Shown one piece after another: positions 17,597 through 25,740 of a stretch of 64,000 nucleotides of DNA; position 1 is the stretch's first letter; each line of letters starts with the position of its first letter. The stretch covers positions 2,848,001-2,912,000 of the forward strand of contig OY781964.1 in assembly GCA_963677485.1 (NCBI GenBank). The letters run 5' to 3'. This DNA is from Armatimonadota bacterium. GTDB taxonomy: Bacteria; Armatimonadota; HRBIN16. Under the pieces are notes generated by a model. The model was not told the DNA's origin, did not search any database, and saw only the letters and a list, made by a program, of their open reading frames with translations. The translations under genes were made by a program, and so were the position numbers.

Positions 17597-20500
17597 CTAC
17601 TCCAGCACGGCGAAGTGGACGCCGCCCTGGTGGGCGCTGCTGTCCAGCTTGCCCAGAGGCAGGCGGGGGGTGTCTTCTTCGCTAAGCACGGCGCTGACGC
17701 CGCTCAGGCTGACGCCCTGCTCAGGCACCAGCTTGATGACTAGCCCCTCCAGCGGATACTGCGCACGCAGCGTGAAGCGCAACTGCTTCTGACCGGCCGG
17801 TATAGGCAGCACGGTACTCAGACCGGGCAATACCGACCCATCGTGCAGCACCTGCACGCGTACATGACTGTCATGTGCGGCGGAGGCCACACCGGTGAGC
17901 TCCACCTGCGTGCCGCTGTCCAGCCGAGGCAGCGGGCCCACGGTGTTCAGTTTGACAACCTGTGGCTTCACAAGGATACGGGCATGGAACGGTGTGACAT
18001 ACACATCACCAGTCCACTCGCCGGCCTCATTTACGGCTTTAATCAAGCCGGTCCGTTTACCGGTGCCGATACCTGCCAGCGCGATGGGCTTGCCCTGCTT
18101 GTGGTAGATTTGGATTTCGCCCACGCCGCCGGTCACGCCGGGACGCGGCTTATCGCTCTCCAGCATCAGCTTCCGGATCGCCTCGTCCATCGTCTTGTTG
18201 AAGCCCTCATCGTATTCCTTCGGCCACTGCATACAGTGGACGGAGTAAACGCCGTGCTCCCACATATACTTCAGTTGCTTGTAGGCATCGTCCGCGTTGG
18301 GGGTGAGTGCTTGATACTCGCCGATGCTGATCATGTTCTGACCGGCCCGCCAGGCGTCCTGCAGCGCCTCGTGTTGCTTGTTGTACCACACGCCGTATCG
18401 GGTGAAGCCGTAAGCGGCCCCGGTGTTCAGCGCCCAGTCGATGGGGGTGATGCGCGAGGTGACGTTGCTGAATGCGCTCAGGTTGCCGATGGCGTAGGTA
18501 TCGGGAATCTGGTGTGTGCAGAGCAGCTCGGGCGGGAAGCCTGCCGCCAGTGCATTCGCCAGCGTCTGCGCGATGAAGCGGTTGACCACCGTGCGGTTGA
18601 AGTTCACCCAACTAGCGAACATCGGGTTGGTCTTTTCGTAGGCGTCCCAGGCACCGCGGTCGTTCTGCCGGGGGGCATCAAACAGATTGGAGACGGGCGC
18701 ACCCAGCTTCTTCGCGCTGGTAGTGAGCTGGTCGCCCTCCGTCTGGCGCAGATAGTCGGCGAAGTTCTGAATGTTCAGCGGGTTGTAATCGCCGTAGGTG
18801 CCGTCCGCTTCGACTGCGATTTCGTGTTCGTGGTTGGGCTCCAGCATGGCGATGTGCTCGGGGGTCTTTCGCCAATTGGTGAACAACGCCCTCAGGAAAG
18901 CCTGGTTGGGCCGATGGTAGAAGCCATCGAGGATCGGCGATCCCGTGGCGTAGGTGCTGCTGAAGAAGTCCACCGTGTCGAACTCGCCGTACAACGCCAT
19001 CTTGTTGGTGCGAGTCAGCATCGCATACGCGGGCAGTTTGGACTGAGGGTCGATGGCCTCCATCAGTTTCGGGGCCGCATGGCGTGACTGCCGGTGGGTG
19101 TAGCACGGCTCCCATTGCCCCACTATCGATGTGGCGTAGCTGTCGATCCGGCTCTTGCTGGGCACATCGTCCAGCGTGCTGAAGTCGCCAGCCAGTATTT
19201 TGTCCAGATTGCTGTATTGAGAGCCATCGGTGCGCAAATGCAGGAACTCGGAGAACTTGATGTATTTCCCATCCTGCAGCGGGTTGCCGAATGGCCAATA
19301 CCACTGGATGTAGAAGTTGTTCTCACGCTTGCCCAAATCCATCGAGGTGATCTCGTTGGCCGGGCTGAGTTTGAAGGCGATGCTCTGTAAGGGGTCGTTA
19401 CCGCTGGCCCAGAGGCTGCCGTCCTCGAACGCGCTGGGGTTCAATCGCAGCTCACGTAGTGGCTCCGGCAGGCTGATGCGCTCCACAGCTGCTGTGACTG
19501 GGTTGATCTTGCTGGCCGCATCCGCCCCTTTGTGCTGGCAGATCAGGCCGTCGCTGCTCTGGCCCGGGTTCAGGGTCAGCCAGACCGTGCTGCTGGTATC
19601 GGCCGCGGGCACCGCTCCAAGAAGCGTCTTGACAGGTCGGCCGAGTTCATCGATGATACAAACCGGTGAGCTGGCATCGTATACGCTGCCGGTGATGGCG
19701 ATCTGATCGGCTTTCGAATTAGGATCAAACCGGCCGGTGACCACGGCATATGGCGGTTTCACGGCTGCCGGCGGGGTGATCTCGCGGATCAACAGCCCAT
19801 CCTGGGTATACAGCCGCAGGTTGCGGACAGTGGCGTTGCTGGCGGGTGCGGTAAGTATCGCCACGATACCCGACTGTGTTTGCAGGCGGCGCACCGTGAC
19901 ACCACCCGTAACAGTGGCCGGATAGGCCAGGAACTGCGCCACGGGCATGGAGAACTCGTTGAGCACCCGCACCACCGTGTGGTTGTCCGGGTCGCTGCCC
20001 TCGCCGGCCACGATGACCGGTGCCTGACCTTTAGCCTGAGGTACGGTCTTCGCCAACGCCGATAGCTCCAGAGTGGGGTCCAGCAGACCCACGGCACTGG
20101 CGCCTTCATCGCTGATGGACACAGATATGCGTTCGGGCAGTTTCCTCTGCTGCAGGTTCTTGACCTGTAGTTGGGGGATATTCAAAAATTCCAAAGGTGA
20201 TGGCCTCCCTTTGATGATCAGTTGGGGTTGGCCCCACACTGCCCAGTCCAACGCGCTGTTCTTCTGCGGGTCAGTCAACAGGCTGATCGTCACCGTCTTG
20301 CCCGCATAGGCTTTCAGGTCGACTTTGAAGGGCACCCATTTCTGCTGGTTGTTTGATAATGCCAATGCGGTGGTTCCATTGATCTTGATGATGAACTTCA
20401 CGCCATCAAACAAATTCTCCACCGACGGTTTGAAGCCTTCACGGATACCCACCCAACCGGTGAGCACGAGTTTCTCTTTCGCTTTGATGGTCGGCAGCTT

Positions 20501-20746
20501 GATACCGGTGAAGTCCACTTGCACCAGCGGCTTATCGGCGGCGGCCGGGTGCTGCGAAATCACCGGGCGGGCGATGCCCTGAATGGTGCCCACGTCGGTG
20601 GATGCTTTGTTGGGGTTCTTGGTGGTTGGGCTTGTGAGCGCGTCGGTCAGACGCAGCAGGGTGGTGTCTGGCCTGGTGAGCGGCGCACACAATCCGCTGA
20701 CAGAAAGCATACAGGCCATCATTGCCGCACCGAAATGAAGTCGCAT
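17597..20746 (-). CDS. Large secreted multidomain protein, possibly a clan GH-A-like glycoside hydrolase
   Basis: Signal peptide MRLHFGAA after a GGAG RBS; FG-GAP-like segment; candidate catalytic motifs EPNHE and IGEY; its stop codon is the IS110 insertion core. Confidence 0.6.
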   Translation of the reverse strand: MRLHFGAAMMACMLSVSGLCAPLTRPDTTLLRLTDALTSPTTKNPNKASTDVGTIQGIARPVISQHPAAADKPLVQVDFTGIKLPTIKAKEKLVLTGWVGIREGFKPSVENLFDGVKFIIKINGTTALALSNNQQKWVPFKVDLKAYAGKTVTISLLTDPQKNSALDWAVWGQPQLIIKGRPSPLEFLNIPQLQVKNLQQRKLPERISVSISDEGASAVGLLDPTLELSALAKTVPQAKGQAPVIVAGEGSDPDNHTVVRVLNEFSMPVAQFLAYPATVTGGVTVRRLQTQSGIVAILTAPASNATVRNLRLYTQDGLLIREITPPAAVKPPYAVVTGRFDPNSKADQIAITGSVYDASSPVCIIDELGRPVKTLLGAVPAADTSSTVWLTLNPGQSSDGLICQHKGADAASKINPVTAAVERISLPEPLRELRLNPSAFEDGSLWASGNDPLQSIAFKLSPANEITSMDLGKRENNFYIQWYWPFGNPLQDGKYIKFSEFLHLRTDGSQYSNLDKILAGDFSTLDDVPSKSRIDSYATSIVGQWEPCYTHRQSRHAAPKLMEAIDPQSKLPAYAMLTRTNKMALYGEFDTVDFFSSTYATGSPILDGFYHRPNQAFLRALFTNWRKTPEHIAMLEPNHEHEIAVEADGTYGDYNPLNIQNFADYLRQTEGDQLTTSAKKLGAPVSNLFDAPRQNDRGAWDAYEKTNPMFASWVNFNRTVVNRFIAQTLANALAAGFPPELLCTHQIPDTYAIGNLSAFSNVTSRITPIDWALNTGAAYGFTRYGVWYNKQHEALQDAWRAGQNMISIGEYQALTPNADDAYKQLKYMWEHGVYSVHCMQWPKEYDEGFNKTMDEAIRKLMLESDKPRPGVTGGVGEIQIYHKQGKPIALAGIGTGKRTGLIKAVNEAGEWTGDVYVTPFHARILVKPQVVKLNTVGPLPRLDSGTQVELTGVASAAHDSHVRVQVLHDGSVLPGLSTVLPIPAGQKQLRFTLRAQYPLEGLVIKLVPEQGVSLSGVSAVLSEEDTPRLPLGKLDSSAHQGGVHFAVLE

Positions 20747-20855
20747 GGTTGGTTCTCCTCCGGATATTCGTATGTGTCTATTATTAAAGCACAATTTGGG
20801 GGAGGAGTGGAGAAGGAAGGAGCAGAGGAGAGGAGGAGAACGGGACAGGTACCCA

Positions 20856-21780
20856 ACGCAAAGGCGCAAGGGTGCAATGGCGCAATGTGATGTCCTACTC
20901 GTCCTACTCGTCCTGCCCGTCTTGTAGAGGTGCATTTTAACCACGGATGAACACGAATGAACGCGAATGCATCTTGCCTAAGTCCGGGGCGGTCTGTGCG
21001 CAGGCTAGCGGTTGTGGAAGGCTCGAGACCGCGCCGGTCTGGCGGTTAGCCTACCGGTTTGTTCCTTAACGTTAATATGGTCACCCGAGAGGAATGCACA
21101 ACCTTAAAGGCGCATAGTGATGCCCACTCGTCCTACCCGTCTTATTAGGGGGCCATTTTTACCACGGATGAACACGAATGAACGCGAATGGGTCTTGCCT
21201 AAGTCCGGGGCGGTCTGTGCGCAGGCTAGCGGTTGTGGAAGGCTCGAGACCGCGCCGGTCTGGCGGTGAGCCTTCCGGTTTGTTCCTTAACGGTAATATG
21301 GTCGCCCGAAGGGAACGCACAACGCAAAGGCACAAGGGTGCAATGGCGCAAAGTGATGTCCTACTCGTCCTACCCGTCTTATAAGGGGCCTATTATAACC
21401 ACGAATGAACACGAATGAACGCGAATTGGTCTTGCCTAAGTCCGGGGCGGTCTGTGCGCAGGTTAGCGGTTGCGGAAGGCTCGAGACCGCGCCGGTCTGG
21501 CGGTTAGCCTTCCAGTTTGTTCCTTAACGGTAATATGGTCGCCTGGAATAAATACACGACGCAAAAGCGCAAGGGTGCAAAGGCGCAACGTGTTGTCTCA
21601 CTCGTCCTACTCGTCCTACAAGGGGCCTATTATAACCACGAATGAACACGAATGAACGCGAATGGGTGTATTCCAACGCAATGGCGCAATAAAACGCCTG
21701 ACGCGTACTAGGAGCGGTTCGCGAACCGCCCTTCTCGCGTCGCTGGTTAGCCATGTCCTACTCGTCCTACCGGTCTTAAT
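20856..21780. repeat. Tandem array of ~220-240-bp composite repeat units (3 full plus a partial)
   Basis: AAGTCCGGGGCGGTCTGTGCGCAGG at ~20980, ~21201 and ~21438, each preceded by the same short modules. Confidence 0.9.
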
Positions 21781-21824
21781 CTGGGCACTGTAATCCGCGG
21801 TTCAGACCACTTTGCAGCGGAATG

Positions 21825-21853
21825 TTGCGGAAAGCCCAATGATGTGATATCAT
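21825..21853 (+). promoter_or_regulatory. Sigma70-type promoter for the tRNA pair
   Basis: TTGCGG-17 nt-TATCAT with an extended TG, ~45 nt upstream of tRNA-Arg. Confidence 0.55.
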
Positions 21854-21896
21854 AAGTGCTTGGTTGAGATGGATATCTACCCAAAAAACCACCTGC

Positions 21897-21972
21897 GCCC
21901 CTGTAGCTCAGCGGATAGAGCAACTGCCTTCTAAGCAGTAGGTCGGAGGTTCGAGCCCTCTCGGGGGCGCCA
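21897..21972 (+). tRNA. tRNA-Arg (anticodon UCU)
   Basis: Acceptor stem GCCCCTG/CGGGGGC, anticodon arm ACTGC-CTTCTAA-GCAGT, GGTTCGA T-loop, CCA end. Confidence 0.96.
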
Positions 21973-21992
21973 GATATTTATCCAATCATCGC

Positions 21993-22070
21993 GGCGGCTA
22001 TAGCTCAGTTGGTTAGAGCGCCTGACTGTGGCTCAGGAGGTCGTGGGTTCAAATCCCATTAGCCGCCCCA
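21993..22070 (+). tRNA. tRNA-His (anticodon GUG)
   Basis: G-1, acceptor stem GCGGCTA/TAGCCGC, anticodon arm CCTGA-CTGTGGC-TCAGG, C discriminator, CCA end. Confidence 0.96.
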
Positions 22071-22437
22071 TTACCTTATCCGCATCCCGCCACACAGACT
22101 ACCTCGAAACCGGCCCTTTACCCGCCACATCATGAATTCCGCCAGCTGCAGATCACGCTGTTAGCACCAAATCTCCATACTCTGCCTGCCCATTGCGACC
22201 ACCACCGCATGATAGTGCCATAGCCCTTCTAAAAACGTCTTTCTGCAACCCTCCTGTGAGCATAGTAGCATACACCTCCTACACACCAAAAAACACGATT
22301 TCTTCATCACCTGGCTTGGTAGACTTCAAGTACCGATCGGCGTTAATCCCGAAACGACGATTAGGCTGACTGCCGCTAGCCTGTCCCGCATGACATATCG
22401 TGCCCTACAGTGCTCTATGATACCAGGAGGTGATACA

Positions 22438-24582
22438 GTGGAAAAAACATATCCAAACTCGATCTGCCGGAGAACATGGTGGATCGCGTCACTGCTGCTA
22501 TTGACATGCTCTCTTCAGTCGTTCGCTGTGGGGGGCACAATTGAAAGCTGGGGATTTCGGCATACCGTCCCAGGCGAACTCAACGGATTCCAGGCTATCG
22601 CCGCTGGAATCGGCCATACCGCCGGGTTGAAATACGACGGCTCTGTGGTGGTATGGGGTGATAACAGTGCAAACCAGTGCATCGTACCCCTGCCCAATTC
22701 GGGATTTACCGCTGTGACGGCCGGAAGGAATCATACGGTAGGGCTCAAACTCAACGGATCGGTGGTGGCCTGGGGCCAAAACTACAACGGTCAGCTCAAC
22801 ATTCCAGCGCCAAACCAGAATTTTACGGCTATCTCCGCAGGATATAAACACACCCTTGGATTGAAGAGTGATGGCTCAGTGGTGGCCTGGGGCTATAATA
22901 GTTATGGTCAGAGCACTGTACCTTCCCCGAACACCGGCTTCATTGCCGTTGCCGCCGGTTACAACCACAGCGTGGGGCTAAAGACCGACGGCTCGCTGGT
23001 GATATGGGGCGACAACACTTCCGGCCAGACCAACCTCCCGTCTCCCAACCTGGGTTTTACGGCCATCGCGGCAGGAAATGCGCATACTGCAGGGCTGAAA
23101 ACCGATGGGTCTATTGTGGCCTGGGGAGACAACACCTACGGGCAATGCAGTGTTCCAGCACCCAACCTGGGTTTTACCACTGTAACTGCAGGTTACGAAA
23201 CTACCATCGGCCGTAAAAGCGGCGGGGTTCTGGTGGCATGGGGTAACTCCGCAAGTGGACAACTCAATATCCCTGCACCTAATTCCAGCTTCAAATCCGT
23301 GGTGGCAGGCCAGTTCTCGGTTTCAGGTTTGAAATACGACGGCTCTGTGGTGGCATGGGGTGACAACTACTATGGCCAGACGGGTTTACGAACCCCCAAT
23401 ATCGACTTTTCGGCTATCAGTGCCAGCCCATACCACACCCTGGCTCTGAGGTCGGATGGCTCCATCATGGCATGGGGCAATGACGGCAACGGCCAAAGCA
23501 CCGTGCCGGTACCGAACACCAGCTTTACCGGTGTGGCGACGGGTCAGTTCCACTCCCTTGGCCTGAAATCAGATGGATCCGTCGTGGCTTGGGGTGACAA
23601 CTTCAACGGCGAGTGCGATGTACCGGCCCCCAACCAAAACTTCACTGCCGTGACCGCCGGTGCGAGGTATTCAGCCGGACTGAAGAATGATGGCTCCGTG
23701 GTGGTCTGGGGTGACACGGCCAATGGTCTTGGCAGCGTGCCCGCTCCCAACACCGGATTCGCCGCCATTGATGCTGGTTATGGTTATCTGGTTGGGCTCA
23801 AGGCAGATGGTTCCGTCGTCGCCTGGGGCGACAACGCATCAGGCCAGTGCAATGTGCCGTCTCCCAACACGGGTTTTACGGCCGTAGCCGGAGGGGTATG
23901 GCATTCCGTTGGGGTGAAATCCGATGGTTCTCTCGTGGCATGGGGCGACAACAGCTACGGTCAGTCTAACATACCCACGCCAAACACAGGCTTTATAGCG
24001 GTGGCGGCCGGTGACATGCATACCGCCGCGCTTAAGGCAGGCGGATCGATTGTGTCTTGGGGTGTCGATAACTACGGTCAGGTGGATGTGCCAGCACCAA
24101 ATCTGGGTTTTCAAGCCATCTCCCTGGGGGGCGCTCACACCGTGGCAATACGCAGCATGCAACAGGTCACAGGGCAGATCGTGCTGAACGGCTTCCTGGG
24201 TAATCTGGCATCTCACCCAATCAACATATCGGTCATTTCGGGAAACCCGATGTCGCCCTTCAGCCAAACCAACAGCCTGTTCCCGTTGAGCGACGGCACA
24301 TTCACATTCAACACTATCCTACCGCCGCCATTTGACATGAGGGTACGCGGCCTTAACTTGATCGGGCTGCTGATACCGGCTGTGCAGAAGCTGACCGGTG
24401 TGAACATATCGCTAATAAACGGCGACGCCGATGGCGATAACCAGATCAACCTGTTCGACTTCGTGGTGCTCGATAAAAACTTCGGCACGATGAACCGAAT
24501 GGCCGACTTGAATGGTGATGGTCAGGTAAACCTGTTTGACTATGTGATCATCGACCAGAACTTCGGCGCCAGAGGTGATTAG
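22438..24582 (+). CDS. Secreted RCC1/BLIP-II-like repeat protein with a C-terminal dockerin-like domain
   Basis: About 14 repeats of ~39 aa (AGxxHxxGLKxDGSVVAWGxNxxGQ); tail GDADGDNQINLFD...ADLNGDGQVNLFD; GTG start after GGAGG. Confidence 0.88.
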   Translation: MEKTYPNSICRRTWWIASLLLLTCSLQSFAVGGTIESWGFRHTVPGELNGFQAIAAGIGHTAGLKYDGSVVVWGDNSANQCIVPLPNSGFTAVTAGRNHTVGLKLNGSVVAWGQNYNGQLNIPAPNQNFTAISAGYKHTLGLKSDGSVVAWGYNSYGQSTVPSPNTGFIAVAAGYNHSVGLKTDGSLVIWGDNTSGQTNLPSPNLGFTAIAAGNAHTAGLKTDGSIVAWGDNTYGQCSVPAPNLGFTTVTAGYETTIGRKSGGVLVAWGNSASGQLNIPAPNSSFKSVVAGQFSVSGLKYDGSVVAWGDNYYGQTGLRTPNIDFSAISASPYHTLALRSDGSIMAWGNDGNGQSTVPVPNTSFTGVATGQFHSLGLKSDGSVVAWGDNFNGECDVPAPNQNFTAVTAGARYSAGLKNDGSVVVWGDTANGLGSVPAPNTGFAAIDAGYGYLVGLKADGSVVAWGDNASGQCNVPSPNTGFTAVAGGVWHSVGVKSDGSLVAWGDNSYGQSNIPTPNTGFIAVAAGDMHTAALKAGGSIVSWGVDNYGQVDVPAPNLGFQAISLGGAHTVAIRSMQQVTGQIVLNGFLGNLASHPINISVISGNPMSPFSQTNSLFPLSDGTFTFNTILPPPFDMRVRGLNLIGLLIPAVQKLTGVNISLINGDADGDNQINLFDFVVLDKNFGTMNRMADLNGDGQVNLFDYVIIDQNFGARGD

Positions 24583-24652
24583 GGATCGCAGGGTGGCAAG
24601 GTTGATGCCTTAGCCCCTGCCTAATCTACACGTTAGTGAGTGCGCAAACCGC

Positions 24653-24698
24653 AAACCGCTGGGTATCGATTATGTCGATGATGCCCAGCGGTTTTTCT
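24653..24698 (+). terminator. Probable intrinsic terminator
   Basis: AAACCGCTGGGTATC / GATGCCCAGCGGTTT stem running into a T tract downstream of the RCC1 gene. Confidence 0.55.
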
Positions 24699-24780
24699 CA
24701 TGCGCAACAAATCCCACCAGTTCTGAGGTATTATACGTATAATAAGCGCAAACGACACCATCAGCACGGAGGAAATTGGT

Positions 24781-25404
24781 TTGAAGATTACAATACAAGA
24801 TAACAAAGGCCACACCATCATCTCAGGAAATTACGCGGATTTAGCCACTGCCATACTGGCCAACAAGGCTATCCTGCTGGATGCCAACCTGGAAGGGGTG
24901 GATTTAAGCGGTGCGAATATGTGTGACGCCAACCTGGTGGGCACCAACCTGACTGGAGCCAACCTGCAGAACGCCGACCTCAGCAGAGCCTATCTCATCA
25001 ACGCCAACCTCAAGAAAGCCGACCTGCAGTTTGCATCGCTCGTTGGAGCCAACCTGCTGGGTGCTGACTTAACGGGGGCTAACCTTGAAGGGGCTGATCT
25101 GGAAAGTGCGAACCTCAGCAGTGCCATACTCGGTAAAGCGATTCTGACCCGTGCTGACTTCCGTGGAGCCGATCTCAGCGGAGCCGACTTAAGTGGTGTG
25201 CATGGGCAAAGTGCCGGTTTTCGTAGCAGCCATCTGAATGGTGCCGACCTGACCGAATCATTTCTGCACAGCGCGGATCTCCGCGGGGCAAGCCTGAACA
25301 ACGCTGATCTGAGCAATGCGATGCTCTGCAACGCCTATCTGCAGGGTGCCGATATGACCGATGCGGAGCTCAGTGGTGCCGATTTGGAAGATGCCCGGCA
25401 GTAG
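24781..25404 (+). CDS. Pentapeptide repeat protein
   Basis: Continuous A(D/N)Lxx repeats. Confidence 0.92.
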   Translation: MKITIQDNKGHTIISGNYADLATAILANKAILLDANLEGVDLSGANMCDANLVGTNLTGANLQNADLSRAYLINANLKKADLQFASLVGANLLGADLTGANLEGADLESANLSSAILGKAILTRADFRGADLSGADLSGVHGQSAGFRSSHLNGADLTESFLHSADLRGASLNNADLSNAMLCNAYLQGADMTDAELSGADLEDARQ

Positions 25405-25457
25405 TTCGACTGTGACATTAGCGAGAATACACCAGAGCTGACCGCATCCTGGTATAT

Positions 25458-25568
25458 CAGTCTATTACCCACAAATACAGATCGGGGTCTTATCCATCCT
25501 ATACCGAGACATTTATGTCGCGGAATTGGTGATATATCGGCTCTGCTGTATTTGTGGGTAATTAGCTG
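25458..25568. repeat. Short family-A MITE derivative
   Basis: CAGTCTATTACCCACAA...CCGAGACATTTATGTCGCGG...TTGTGGGTAATTAGCTG. Confidence 0.75.
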
Positions 25569-25740
25569 TCCTTCAGGGCGCGGGGGCGGTGACCGTCACC
25601 GAACTGCTGCTGGCCGCCAACCGGTGACCGGCCTGATTTCGTAAACCAAGATAAAACTCCATACTCAGACCCCTCTAATCCATGACATACGCCCCTTACC
25701 TGCGATACACTGTGGGCAATAACAACCGAAAGGGGCCGAT

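Larger units (their letters stand above)
15785..17598 (+). mobile_element. IS110-family (IS621-like) insertion sequence
   Basis: CT(A) core at both ends (15785, 17597); no TIRs; right end TTGACA...ACAGTATCT; joining the ends gives TTGACA-17 nt-TACGCT. Confidence 0.9.

Noticed and set aside
20856-21780. CRISPR array
   Set aside because: Units are ~230 bp and similar along their whole length; there are no unique spacers and no cas genes
22438-24582. Diversity-generating retroelement template/variable repeats in the RCC1 gene
   Set aside because: The repeats differ at all base types, as ordinary protein repeats do, and no RT gene is nearby
21897-25404. tRNA-anchored prophage or genomic island
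   Set aside because: No integrase gene and no duplicated tRNA 3' end were seen
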